Assembly: GCF_009914755.1 (NCBI RefSeq)
Contig: NC_060925.1
From: the human T2T-CHM13v2.0 reference genome, Homo sapiens
Direction: 5' to 3' (one strand)
DNA length: 64,000 nt
A program made the translations under genes and the position numbers. Under the pieces are notes generated by a model that worked only from the letters and a program-made list of their open reading frames with translations, had not been told where the DNA came from and did not search any database. Positions 28,101 through 44,000 of the stretch are shown piece by piece; within the stretch, counting starts at the first letter, position 1, and the number at the start of each line of letters is the position of its first letter.

Positions 28101-31100
28101 AATGGAATCATCTTCTAATGGAAAGGAATGGAATCATCGCATAGAATCGAATGGAATTAACATTGAATGGACTCGAATGGAATCAACATCAAACGGAATC
28201 AAGCGGAATTATCGAATGGAATCGAAGAGAATCATCGAATGGACTCGAATGGAATCATCTAATGGAATGGAATGGAATAATCCACGGACTCGAATGCAAT
28301 CATCATCGTATAGAATCGAATGGAATCATCGAATGGACTCGAATGGAATAATCATTGAACGGAATCGAATGGAATCATCATCGGATGGAAATGAATGGAA
28401 TCATCATCGAATGGAATCGAATAGAATTATGGAATGAAATCCAGTGTGATCATCATCGAATGGACCAGAATGGAATCATCATCCAACGGAAGCTAACGGA
28501 ATCAACATCGAATGAATCGAATGGAAACACCATCGAATTGAAAAGAATGGAATTATCATGAAATTGAAATGGATGGACTCATCATCGAATGGATTCGAAT
28601 TGAATCATCGAATAAAATTGATTAAAATCATCATCAAATGGAATCGAATGGTATCATTGAATGGAATCGAATGGAATCATCATCAGATGGAAATGAATGG
28701 AATCGTCATAGAATGGAATCGAATGGATTCATTGAATGGAATCAGATGGAATCAACGAATGGACTGGAATGGAATCATTGAATGGACTCGAAAGGGATCA
28801 TTGTTGAATGGAATTGAATGGAATCATCGAATGGTCTCGATTGGAATCATTATCAAATGGAATCGAATGGAATCACCGAATAGAATCGAATGGAACAATC
28901 ATCGAATGGAGTCAAATGGAATTATCCTCAAATGGAATTGAATGGAATTATCGAATGCAATCGAATGGAATTATCGAATGCAATAGAATAGAATCATCAA
29001 ATGGACTCGAATGGAATCATCGAATGGAATGGAATGGAACAGTCAGTGAACTCGAATGGAATCATCATTGAATGGAATCGAATGGAATCATCGAGTGGAA
29101 TCGAATGGAATTATGATCAAACGGAATCGAATGTAATCATCATCAAATGGAATCAAAAATAACCATCATCAATTGGTATTGAATGGAATTGTCATCAAAT
29201 GGAATTCAAAGGAATCATCATCAAATGGAACCGAATGGAATCCTCATTGAATGGAAATGAAAGGAGTCATCATCTAATGGAATCGCATGGAGTCATCATC
29301 AAATGGAATCGCATGGAATCATCATCAAATGGAATCGAATGGAATTATCATTAAATGGAATCTAATGGAATCATTGAACAGAATTGAATGGAATCGTCAT
29401 CGAATGAATTGAATGCAATCATCGAATGGTCTCGAATGGAATCATCTTCTAATGGAAAGGAATGGAATCATCGCATAGAATCGAATGGAATTAACATTGA
29501 TGGACTCGAATGGAATCAACATCAAACGGAATTAAGCGGAATTATCGAATAGAATCGAAGAGAATCATCGAATGGACTCGAATGGAATCATCTAATGGAA
29601 TGGAATGGAATAATCCCCAGACTCGAATGCAATCATCATCGTATAGAATCGAGTGGAATCATCGAATGGACTCGAATGGAATAATCATCGGATGGATACG
29701 AATGGATTCATCATCGAATGGAAATGAAAGGAGTCATCATCTAATGGAATTGCATGGAATCATCATAAAATGGAATTGAATGGAATCAACATCAAATGGA
29801 ATCAAATGGAATCATTGAACGGAATTGAATGGAATCGTCATCGAATGAATTGAATGCAATCATCGAATGGTCTCAAATGGAATCATCTTCAAATGGAATG
29901 GAATGGAATCATCGCATAGAATCGAATGGAATTATCATCGAATGGAATCGAATGGTATCAACATAAAATGGAAAAAAACGGAATTATCGAATGGAATCGA
30001 AGAGAATCATCGAATGGACCCGAATGGAATCATCTAATGGAATGGAATGGAATAATCCATGGACTCGAATGCAGTCATCATCGAATGGAATCGAATGGAA
30101 TCATCGAATGGACTCGAATGGAATAATCATTGAACGGAATCGAATGGAATCATCATCGGATGGAAATGAGTGGAATCATCATCGAATGGAATCGAATAGA
30201 ATTATGGAATGAAATCTAGTGTGATCATCATCGAATGGACCCGAATGGAATCATCATCCAACGGAAGCTAATGGTATCAACTTCGAATGAATCGAATGGA
30301 AACACCATCGAATTGAAAGGAATGGAATTATCATGAAATTGAAATGGATGGACTCATCATCCAATGGATTCAAAAGGAATCATCGAATAAAATTGATTGA
30401 AATCATCATCAAATGGATTCGAATGGTACCATTGAAAGGAATCGAATGGAATCATCATCAGATGGAAATGAATGGAATCGTCATAGAATGGAATCGAATG
30501 GATTCATTGAATGGAATCAGATGGAATCATCGAATGGACTGGAATGGAATCATTGAATGGACTCGAAAGAGATCATTGTTGAATGGAATTGAATGGAATC
30601 ATCGAATGGTCTCGATTGGAATCATTATCAAATGGAATCGAATGGAATCACCGAATAGAATCGAATGGAACAATCATCGAATGGAGTCAAATGGAATTAT
30701 CCTCAAATGGAATTGAATGGAATTATCGAATGCAATCGAATGGAATTATCGAATGCAATAGAATAGAATCATCAAATGGACTCGAATGGAATCATCGAAT
30801 GGAATGGAATGGAACAGTCAATGAACTCGAATGGAATCATCATTGAATGGAATCGAATGGAATCATCGAGTGGAATCGAATGGAATTATGATCAAACGGA
30901 ATCGAATGTAATCATCATCAAATGGAATCAAAAATAACCATCATCAATTGGTATTGAATGGAATTGTCATCAAGTGGAATTCAAAGGAATCATCATCAAA
31001 TGGAACCGAATGGAATCCTCATTGAATGGAAATGAAAGGAGTCATCATCTAATGGAATCGCATGGAGTCATCATCAAATGGAATCGCATGGAATCATCAT

Positions 31101-34100
31101 CAAATGGAATCGAATGGAATTATCATTAAATGGAATCTAATGGAATCATTGAACAGAATTGAATGGAATCGTCATCGAATGAATTGAATGCAATCATCGA
31201 ATGGTCTCGAATGGAATCATCTTCTAATGGAAAGGAATGGAATCATCGCATAGAATCGAATGGAATTAACATTGATGGACTCGAATGGAATCAACATCAA
31301 ACGGAATTAAGCGGAATTATCGAATAGAATCGAAGAGAATCATCGAATGGACTCGAATGGAATCATCTAATGGAATGGAATGGAATAATCCCCAGACTCG
31401 AATGCAATCATCATCGTATAGAATCGAGTGGAATCATCGAATGGACTCGAATGGAATAATCATCGGATGGATACGAATGGATTCATCATCGAATGGAAAT
31501 GAAAGGAGTCATCATCTAATGGAATTGCATGGAATCATCATAAAATGGAATTGAATGGAATCAACATCAAATGGAATCAAATGGAATCATTGAACGGAAT
31601 TGAATGGAATCGTCATCGAATGAATTGAATGCAATCATCGAATGGTCTCAAATGGAATCATCTTCAAATGGAATGGAATGGAATCATCGCATAGAATCGA
31701 ATGGAATTATCATCGAATGGAATCGAATGGTATCAACATAAAATGGAAAAAAACGGAATTATCGAATGGAATCGAAGAGAATCATCGAATGGACCCGAAT
31801 GGAATCATCTAATGGAATGGAATGGAATAATCCATGGACTCGAATGCAGTCATCATCGAATGGAATCGAATGGAATCATCGAATGGACTCGAATGGAATA
31901 ATCATTGAACGGAATCGAATGGAATCATCATCGGATGGAAATGAGTGGAATCATCATCGAATGGAATCGAATAGAATTATGGAATGAAATCTAGTGTGAT
32001 CATCATCGAATGGACCCGAATGGAATCATCATCCAACGGAAGCTAATGGTATCAACTTCGAATGAATCGAATGGAAACACCATCGAATTGAAAGGAATGG
32101 AATTATCATGAAATTGAAATGGATGGACTCATCATCCAATGGATTCAAAAGGAATCATCGAATAAAATTGATTGAAATCATCATCAAATGGATTCGAATG
32201 GTACCATTGAAAGGAATCGAATGGAATCATCATCAGATGGAAATGAATGGAATCGTCATAGAATGGAATCGAATGGATTCATTGAATGGAATCAGATGGA
32301 ATCATCGAATGGACTGGAATGGAATCATTGAATGGACTCGAAAGAGATCATTGTTGAATGGAATTGAATGGAATCATCGAATGGTCTCGATTGGAATCAT
32401 TATCAAATGGAATCGAATGGAATCACCGAATAGAATCGAATGGAACAATCATCGAATGGAGTCAAATGGAATTATCCTCAAATGGAATCGAATGGAATTA
32501 TCGAATGCAATCGAATGGAATTATCGAATGCAATCGACTAGAATCATCGAATGGACTCGAATGGAATCATCGAGTATAATGGTATGGAACAGTCAATGAA
32601 CTCGAATGGAATCATCATTGAATGGAATCGAATGGAATCATCGAGTGGAATCGAATGGAATTATGATCAAATGGAATCGAATGTAATCATCATCAAATGG
32701 AATCAAAAATAACCATCATCAGTTGGTATTGAATGGAATTGTCATCAAATGGAATTCAAAGGAATCATCATCAAATGGAACCGAATGGAATCCTCATTGA
32801 ATGGAAATGAAAGGAGTCATCATCTAATGGAATCGCATGGAGTCATCATCAAATGGAATCGCATGGAATCATCATCAAATGGAATCGAATGGAATTATCA
32901 TTAAATGGAATCTAATGGAATCATTGAACAGAATTGAATGGAATCGTCATCGAATGAATTGAATGCAATCATCGAATGGTCTCGAATGGAATCATCTTCT
33001 AATGGAAAGGAATGGAATCATCGCATAGAATCGAATGGAATTAACATTGATGGACTCGAATGGAATCAACATCAAACGGAATTAAGCGGAATTATCGAAT
33101 GGAATCGAAGAGAATCATCGAATGGACTCGAATGGAATCATCTAATGGAATGGAATGGAATAATCCCCGGACTCGAATGCAATCATCATCGTATAGAATC
33201 GAGTGGAATCATCGAATGGACTCGAATGGAATAATCATCGGATGGATACGAATGGATTCATCATCGAATGGAAATGAAAGGAGTCATCATCTAATGGAAT
33301 TGCATGGAATCATCATAAAATGGAATTGAATGGAATCAACATCAAATGGAATCAAATGGAATCATTGAACGGAATTGAATGGAATCGTCATCGAATGAAT
33401 TGAATGCAATCATCGAATGGTCTCAAATGGAATCATCTTCAAATGGAATGGAATGGAATCATCGCATAGAATCGAATGGAATTATCATCGAATGGAATCG
33501 AATGGTATCAACATAAAATGGAAAAAAACGGAATTATCGAATGGAATCGAAGAGAATCATCGAATGGACCCGAATGGAATCATCTAATGGAATGGAATGG
33601 AATAATCCATGGACTCGAATGCAGTCATCATCGAATGGAATCGAATGGAATCATCGAATGGACTCGAATGGAATAATCATTGAACGGAATCGAATGGAAT
33701 CATCATCGGATGGAAATGAGTGGAATCATCATCGAATGGAATCGAATAGAATTATGGAATGAAATCTAGTGTGATCATCATCGAATGGACCCGAATGGAA
33801 TCATCATCCAACGGAAGCTAATGGTATCAACTTCGAATGAATCGAATGGAAACACCATCGAATTGAAAGGAATGGAATTATCATGAAATTGAAATGGATG
33901 GACTCATCATCCAATGGATTCAAAAGGAATCATCGAATAAAATTGATTGAAATCATCATCAAATGGATTCGAATGGTACCATTGAAAGGAATCGAATGGA
34001 ATCATCATCAGATGGAAATGAATGGAATCGTCATAGAATGGAATCGAATGGATTCATTGAATGGAATCAGATGGAATCATCGAATGGACTGGAATGGAAT

Positions 34101-37100
34101 CATTGAATGGACTCGAAAGAGATCATTGTTGAATGGAATTGAATGGAATCATCGAATGGTCTCGATTGGAATCATTATCAAATGGAATCGAATGGAATCA
34201 CCGAATAGAATCGAATGGAACAATCATCGAATGGAGTCAAATGGAATTATCCTCAAATGGAATCGAATGGAATTATCGAATGCAATCGAATGGAATTATC
34301 GAATGCAATCGACTAGATTCATCGAATGGACTCGAATGGAATCATCGAGTATAATGGTATGGAACAGTCAATGAACTCGAATGGAATCATCATTGAATGG
34401 AATCGAATGGAATCATCGAGTGGAATCGAATGGAATTATGATCAAATGGAATCGAATGTAATCATCATCAAATGGAATCAAAAATAACCATCATCAGTTG
34501 GTATTGAATGGAATTGTCATCAAATGGAATTCAAAGGAATCATCATCAAATGGAACCGAATGGAATCCTCATTGAATGGAAATGAAAGGGGTCATCATCT
34601 AATGGAATCACATGGAATCATCATCAAATGGAATCGAATGGAATCATCATCAAATGGAATCTAATGGAATCATTGAACAGAATTGAATGGAATCGTCATC
34701 GAATGAATTGAATGCAATCATCGAATGGTCTCGAATGGAATCATCTTCTAATGGAAAGGAATGGAATCATCGCATAGAATCGAATGGAATTAACATTGAA
34801 TGGACTCGAATGGAATCAACATCAAACGGAATCAAGCGGAATTATCGAATGGAATCGAAGAGAATCATCGAATGGACTCGAATGGAATCATCTAATGGAA
34901 TGGAATGGAATAATCCACGGACTCGAATGCAATCATCATCGTATAGAATCGAATGGAATCATCGAATGGACTCGAATGGAATAATCATTGAACGGAATCG
35001 AATGGAATCATCATCGGATGGAAATGAATGGAATCATCATCGAATGGAATCGAATAGAATTATGGAATGAAATCCAGTGTGATCATCATCGAATGGACCA
35101 GAATGGAATCATCATCCAACGGAAGCTAACGGAATCAACATCGAATGAATCGAATGGAAACACCATCGAATTGAAAAGAATGGAATTATCATGAAATTGA
35201 AATGGATGGACTCATCATCGAATGGATTCGAATTGAATCATCGAATAAAATTGATTAAAATCATCATCAAATGGAATCGAATGGTATCATTGAATGGAAT
35301 CGAATGGAATCATCATCAGATGGAAATGAATGGAATCGTCATAGAATGGAATCGAATGGATTCATTGAATGGAATCAGATGGAATCAACGAATGGACTGG
35401 AATGGAATCATTGAATGGACTCGAAAGGGATCATTGTTGAATGGAATTGAATGGAATCATCGAATGGTCTCGATTGGAATCATTATCAAATGGAATCGAA
35501 TGGAATCACCGAATAGAATCGAATGGAACAATCATCGAATGGAGTCAAATGGAATTATCCTCAAATGGAATTGAATGGAATTATCGAATGCAATCGAATG
35601 GAATTATCGAATGCAATAGAATAGAATCATCAAATGGACTCGAATGGAATCATCGAATGGAATGGAATGGAACAGTCAATGAACTCGAATGGAATCATCA
35701 TTGAATGGAATCGAATGGAATCATCGAGTGGAATCGAATGGAATTATGATCAAACGGAATCGAATGTAATCATCATCAAATGGAATCAAAAATAACCATC
35801 ATCAATTGGTATTGAATGGAATTGTCATCAAATGGAATTCAAAGGAATCATCATCAAATGGAACCGAATGGAATCCTCATTGAATGGAAATGAAAGGAGT
35901 CATCATCTAATGGAATCGCATGGAGTCATCATCAAATGGAATCGCATGGAATCATCATCAAATGGAATCGAATGGAATTATCATTAAATGGAATCTAATG
36001 GAATCATTGAACAGAATTGAATGGAATCGTCATCGAATGAATTGAATGCAATCATCGAATGGTCTCGAATGGAATCATCTTCTAATGGAAAGGAATGGAA
36101 TCATCGCATAGAATCGAATGGAATTAACATTGATGGACTCGAATGGAATCAACATCAAACGGAATTAAGCGGAATTATCGAATAGAATCGAAGAGAATCA
36201 TCGAATGGACTCGAATGGAATCATCTAATGGAATGGAATGGAATAATCCCCAGACTCGAATGCAATCATCATCGTATAGAATCGAGTGGAATCATCGAAT
36301 GGACTCGAATGGAATAATCATCGGATGGATACGAATGGATTCATCATCGAATGGAAATGAAAGGAGTCATCATCTAATGGAATTGCATGGAATCATCATA
36401 AAATGGAATTGAATGGAATCAACATCAAATGGAATCAAATGGAATCATTGAACGGAATTGAATGGAATCGTCATCGAATGAATTGAATGCAATCATCGAA
36501 TGGTCTCAAATGGAATCATCTTCAAATGGAATGGAATGGAATCATCGCATAGAATCGAATGGAATTATCATCGAATGGAATCGAATGGTATCAACATAAA
36601 ATGGAAAAAAACGGAATTATCGAATGGAATCGAAGAGAATCATCGAATGGACCCGAATGGAATCATCTAATGGAATGGAATGGAATAATCCATGGACTCG
36701 AATGCAGTCATCATCGAATGGAATCGAATGGAATCATCGAATGGACTCGAATGGAATAATCATTGAACGGAATCGAATGGAATCATCATCGGATGGAAAT
36801 GAGTGGAATCATCATCGAATGGAATCGAATAGAATTATGGAATGAAATCTAGTGTGATCATCATCGAATGGACCCGAATGGAATCATCATCCAACGGAAG
36901 CTAATGGTATCAACTTCGAATGAATCGAATGGAAACACCATCGAATTGAAAGGAATGGAATTATCATGAAATTGAAATGGATGGACTCATCATCCAATGG
37001 ATTCAAAAGGAATCATCGAATAAAATTGATTGAAATCATCATCAAATGGATTCGAATGGTACCATTGAAAGGAATCGAATGGAATCATCATCAGATGGAA

Positions 37101-38060
37101 ATGAATGGAATCGTCATAGAATGGAATCGAATGGATTCATTGAATGGAATCAGATGGAATCATCGAATGGACTGGAATGGAATCATTGAATGGACTCGAA
37201 AGAGATCATTGTTGAATGGAATTGAATGGAATCATCGAATGGTCTCGATTGGAATCATTATCAAATGGAATCGAATGGAATCACCGAATAGAATCGAATG
37301 GAACAATCATCGAATGGAGTCAAATGGAATTATCCTCAAATGGAATCGAATGGAATTATCGAATGCAATCGAATGGAATTATCGAATGCAATCGACTAGA
37401 ATCATCGAATGGACTCGAATGGAATCATCGAGTATAATGGTATGGAACAGTCAATGAACTCGAATGGAATCATCATTGAATGGAATCGAATGGAATCATC
37501 GAGTGGAATCGAATGGAATTATGATCAAATGGAATCGAATGTAATCATCATCAAATGGAATCAAAAATAACCATCATCAGTTGGTATTGAATGGAATTGT
37601 CATCAAATGGAATTCAAAGGAATCATCATCAAATGGAACCGAATGGAATCCTCATTGAATGGAAATGAAAGGGGTCATCATCTAATGGAATCACATGGAA
37701 TCATCATCAAATGGAATCGAATGGAATCATCATCAAATGGAATCTAATGGAATCATTGAACAGAATTGAATGGAATCGTCATCGAATGAATTGAATGCAA
37801 TCATCGAATGGTCTCGAATGGAATCATCTTCTAATGGAAAGGAATGGAATCATCGCATAGAATCGAATGGAATTAACATTGAATGGACTCGAATGGAATC
37901 AACATCAAACGGAATCAAGCGGAATTATCGAATGGAATCGAAGAGAATCATCGAATGGACTCGAATGGAATCATCTAATGGAATGGAATGGAATAATCCA
38001 CGGACTCGAATGCAATCATCATCGTATAGAATCGAATGGAATCATCGAATGGACTCGAAA
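25151..38060 (+). repeat. Subfamily-A block 2 (units 1775, 1308, 1775, 1775, 1775, 1308, 1775, then start of a 1776 unit)
   Basis: Anchors at 25475, 27250, 28558, 30333, 32108, 33883, 35191, 36966 with the same diagnostic variants as block 1. KpnI sites at 27342, 30425, 32200, 33975, 37058. The sequence from 33901 reproduces the start of the window (offset 33900). Confidence 0.88.
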
Positions 38061-41000
38061 GGAATAATCATTGAACGGAATCGAATGGAATCATCATCGG
38101 ATGGAAACGAATGGAATCATCATCGAATGGAAATGAAAGGAGTCATCATCTAATGGAATTGCATGGAATCATCATAAAATGGAATCGAATGGAATCAACA
38201 TCAAATGGAATCAAATGGAATCATTGAATGGAATTGAATGAGATCGTCATCGAATGAATTGAATGCAATCATCGAATGGTCTCGAATGGAATCATCTTCA
38301 AATGGAATGGAATGGAATCATCGCATAGAATCGAATGGAATTATCATCGAATGGAATCGAATGGAATCAACATCAAACGGAAAAAAACGGAATTATCGAA
38401 TGGAATCGAAGAGAATCATCGAATGGACCCGAATGGAATAATCTAATGGAATGGAATGGAATAATCCATGGACTCGAATGCAATCATCATCGAATGGAAT
38501 CGAATGGAATCATCGAATGGACTCGAATGGAATAATCATTGAACGGAATCGAATGGAATCATCATCGGATGGAAATGAATGGAATCATCATCGAATGGAA
38601 TCGAATAGAATTATGGAATGAAATCCAGTGTGATCATCATCGAATGGACCCGAATGGAATCATCATCCAACGGAAGCTAATGGAATCAACATCGAATGAA
38701 TCGAATGGAAACACCATCGAATTGAAACGAATGGAATTATCATGAAATTGAAATGGATGGACTCATCATCGAATGGATTCGAATGGAATCATCGAATAAA
38801 ATTGATTGAAATCATCATCAAATGGAATCGAATGGTATCATTGAATGGAATCGAATGGAATCATCATCAGATGGAAATGAATGGAATCGTCATAGAATGG
38901 AATCGAATGGATTCATTGAATGGAATCAGATGGAATCATCGAATGGACTGGAATGGAATCATTGAATGGACTCGAAAGGGATCATTATTGAATGGAATTG
39001 AATGGAATCATCGAATGGTCTCGATTGGAATCATTACCAAATGGAATCGAATGGAATCACCGAATAGAATCGAATGGAACAATCATCGAATGGACTCAAA
39101 TGGAATTACCCTCAAATGGAATCGAATGGAATTATCGAATGCACTCGAATGGAATTATCGAATGCATTCGAATAGAATCATCGAATGGACTCGAATGGAA
39201 TCATCGAATGGAATGGAATGGAACAGTCAATGAACTCGAATGGAATCATCATTGAATGGAATCGAATGGAATCATCGAGTGGAATCGAATGGAATTATGA
39301 TCAAATGGAATCGAATGTAATCATCAACAAATGGAATCAAAAATAACCATCATCAATTGGTATTGAATGGAATTGTCATCAAATGGAATTCAAAGGAATC
39401 ATCATCAAATGGAACCGAATGGAATCCTCATTGAATGGAAATGAAAGGGGTCATCATCTAAAGGAATCGCATGGAATCATCATCAAATGGAATCGAATGG
39501 AATCATCATCAAATGGAATCTAATGGAATCATTGAACAGAATTGAATGGAATCGTCATCAAATGAATTGAATGCAATCATCGAATGGTCTCGAATGCAAT
39601 CATCTTCTAATGGAAAGGAATGGAATCATCGCATAGAATCGAATGGAATTAACATTGAATGGACTCGAATGGAATCAACATCAAACGGAATCAAGCGGAA
39701 TTATCGAATGTAATCGAAGAGAACCATCGAATGGACTCGAATGGAATCATCTAATGGAATGGAATGGAATAATCCCCGGACTCGAATGCAATCATCATCG
39801 TATAGAATCGAATGGAATCATTGAATGGACTCGAATGGAATAATCATTGAACAGAATCGAATGGAATCATCATCGGATAGAAACGAATGGAATCATCATC
39901 GAATGGAAATGAAAGGAGTCATCATCTAATGGAATTTCATGGAATCATCATAAAATGGAATCGAATGGAATCAACATCAAATGGAATCAAATGGAATCAT
40001 TGAACGGAATTGAATGGAATCGTCATCGAATGAATTGAATGTAATCATCGAATGGTCTCGAATGGAATCATCTTCAAATGGAATGGAATGGAATCATCGC
40101 ATAGAATCGAATGGAATTATCATCGAATGTTATCGAATGGTATCAACAACAAACGGAACAAAACGGAATTATCGAATGGAATCGAAGAGAATCATCGAAC
40201 GGACCCGAATGGAATCATCTAATGGAATGGAATGTTATAATCCATGGACTCGAATGCAATCATCATCGAATGGAATCGAATGGAATCATCGAATGGAACC
40301 GAATGGAATAATCATTGAACGGAATCGAATGGAATCATCATCGGATGGAAACGAATGGAATCATCATCGAATGGAAATGAAAGGAGTCATCTAATGGAAT
40401 TGCACGGAATCAACATAAAATGGAATCGAATGGAATCAACATCAAATGGAATCAAATGGAATCATTGAACAGAATTGAATGGAATCGTCATCGAATGAAT
40501 TGAATGCAATCATCGAATGGTCTCGAATGGAATCATCTTCTAATGGAAAGGAATGGAATCATCGCATAGAATCGAATGGAATTAACATTGAATGGACTCG
40601 AATGGAATCAACATCAAACGGAATCAAGCGGAATTATCGAATGGAATCGAAGAGAATCATCGAATGGACTCGAATGGAATCATCTAATGGAATGGAATGG
40701 AATAATCCATGGACTCGAATGCAATCATCATCGAATGGAATCGAATGGAATCATCGAATGGACTCGAATGGAATAATCATTGAACGGAATCGAATGGAAT
40801 CATCATCGGATGGAAACGAATGGAATCATCATCGAATGGAAATGAAAGGAGTCATCATCTAATGGAATTGCATGGAATCATCATAAAATGGAATCGAATG
40901 GAATCGACATCAAATGGAATCAAATGGAATCATTGAAAGAAATTGAATGGAATCGTCGTCGAATGAATTGAATGCAATCATCGAATGGTCTCGAATGGAA

Positions 41001-44000
41001 TCATCTTCAAATGGAATGGAATGGAATCATCGCATAGAATCGAATGGAATTATCATCGAATGGAATCGAAAGGTATCAACAACAAACGGAAAAAAACGGA
41101 ATTATCGAATGGAATCGAAGAGAATCTTCGAACGGACCCGAATGGAATCACCTAATGGAATGGAATGGAATAATCCATGGACTGTAATGCAATCATCATC
41201 GAATGGAATCGAATGGAATCATCGAATGGACTCGAATGGAATAATCATTGAACGGAATCGAATGGAATCATCATCGGATGGAAATGAATGGAATCATCAT
41301 CGAATGGAATCGAATAGAATTATGGAATGAAATCCAGTGTGATCATCATCGAATGGACCCGAATGGAATCATCATCCAACGGAAGCTAATGGAATCTACA
41401 TCGAATGAATCGAATGGAAACACCATCGAATTGAAACGAATGGAATTATCATGAAATTGAAATGGATGGACTCATCATCGAATGGATTCGAATGGAATCA
41501 TCGAATAAAATTGATTGAAATCATCATCAAATGGAATCGAATGGTATCATTGAATGGAATCGAATGGAATCATCATCAGATGGAAATGAATGGAATCGTC
41601 ATAGAATGGAATCGAATGGATTCATTGAATGGAATCAGATGGAATCATCTAATGGACTGGAATGGAATCACTGAATGGACTCGAAAGGGATCATCATTGA
41701 ATGGAATTGAATGGAATCATCGAATGGTCTCGATTGGAATCATTATCAAATGGAATCGAATGAAATCACCGAATAGAATCGAATGGAGCAATCATCGAAT
41801 GGACTCAAATGGAATTATCTTCAAATGGAATCGAATGGAATTATCCAATGCAATCGAAAGGAATTATCGAATGCAATCGAATAGAATCATCGAATGGACT
41901 CGAATGGAATCATCGAATGGAATGGAATGGACCAGTCAATGAACTCGAATGGAATCATCATTGAATGGAATCGAATGGAATCATCGAGTGGAATCGAATG
42001 GAATTATGATCAAATGGAATCGAATGTAATCATCATCAAATGGAATCAAAGTAGCCATCATCAATTGGTAATGAATGGATTTGTCATCAAATGGAATTCA
42101 AAGGAATCGTCATCAAATGGAACCGAATGGAATCCTCATTGAATGGAAATGAAAGGGGTCATCATCTAATGGAATCGCATGGAATCATCATCAAATGGAA
42201 TCGAATGCAATCTTCATCAAATGGAATCTAATGGAATCATTGAACAGAATTGAATGGAATCGTCATCGAATGAATTGAATGCAATCATCGAATGGTCTCG
42301 AATGGAATCATCTTCTAATGGAAAGGAATGGAATCATCGCATAGAATCGAATGGAATTAACATTGAATGGACTCGAATGGAATCAACATCAAACGGAATC
42401 AAGCGGAATTATCGAATGGAATCGAAGAGAATCATCGAATGGACTCGAATGGAATCATCTAATGGAATGGAATGGAATAATCCACGGACTCGAATGCAAT
42501 CATCATCGTATAGAATCGAATGGAATCATCGAATGGACTCGAATGGAATAATCATTGAACGGAATCAAATGGAATCATCATCGGATGGAAACGAATGGAA
42601 TCATCATCGAATGGAAATGAAAAGAGTCATCATCTAATGGAATTGCATGGAATCATCATAAAATGGAATCGAATGGAATCAACATCAAATGGAATCAAAT
42701 GGAATCATTGAACGGAATTGAATGGAATCGTCATCGAATGAATTGAATGCAATCATCGAATGGTCTCGAATGGAATCATCTTCAAATGGAATGGTATGGA
42801 ATCCTCGCATAGAATCGAATGTAATTATCATCGAATGGAATCGAATGAAATCAACAACAAACGGAAAAAAAAGGAATTATCGAATGGAATCGAAGAGAAT
42901 CATCGAATGGACCCGAATGGAATCATCTAATGGAATGGAATGGAATAATCCATGGACTCGAATGCAATCATCATCGAATGGAATCGAATCGAATCATCGA
43001 ATGGACTCGAATGGAATAATCATTGAACGTAATCGCATGGAGTCATCATCGCATGGAACTGAATGGCATCATCATCGAATGGAATCGAATAGAATTATGG
43101 AATGAAATCCAGTGTGATCATCATCGAATGGACCCGAATGGAATCATCATCCAACGGAAGCTAATGGAATCAACATCGAATGAATCAAATGGAAACACCA
43201 TCGAATTGAAACGAATGGAATTATCATGAAATTGAAATGGATGGACTCATCATCGAATGGATTCGAATGGAATCATCGAATAAAATTGATTGAAATCATC
43301 ATCAAATGGAATCGAATGGTATCATTGAATGGAATCGAATGGAATCATCATCAGATGGAAATGAATGGAATCGTCATAGAATGGAATCGAATGGATTCAT
43401 TGAATGGAATCAGATGGAATCATCGAATGGACTGGAATGGAATCATTGAATGGACTCGAAAGGGATCATTATTGAATGGAATTGAATGGAATCATCGAAT
43501 GGTCTCGATTGGAATCATTATCAAATGGAATCGAATGGAATCACCGAATAGAATCGAATGGAACAATCATCGAATGGACTCAAATGGAATTATCCTCAAA
43601 TGGAATCGAATGGAATTATCGAATGCAATTGAATGGAATTATCGAATGCAATCGAATAGAATCATCGAATGGACTCGAATGGAATCATCGAATGGAATGG
43701 AATGGAACAGTCAATGAACTCGAATGGAATCATCACTGAATGGAATCGAATGGAATCATCGAGTGGAATCGAATGGAATTATGATCAAATGGAATCGAAT
43801 GTAATCATCATCAAATGGAATCAAAAATAACCATCATCAATTGGTATTGAATGGAATTGTCATCAAATGGAATTCAAAGGAATCATCATCAAATGGAACC
43901 GAATGGAATCCTCATTGAATGGAAATGAAAGGGGTCATCATCTAATGGAATCGCATGGAATCATCATCAAATGGAATCGAATGGAATCATCATCAAATGG

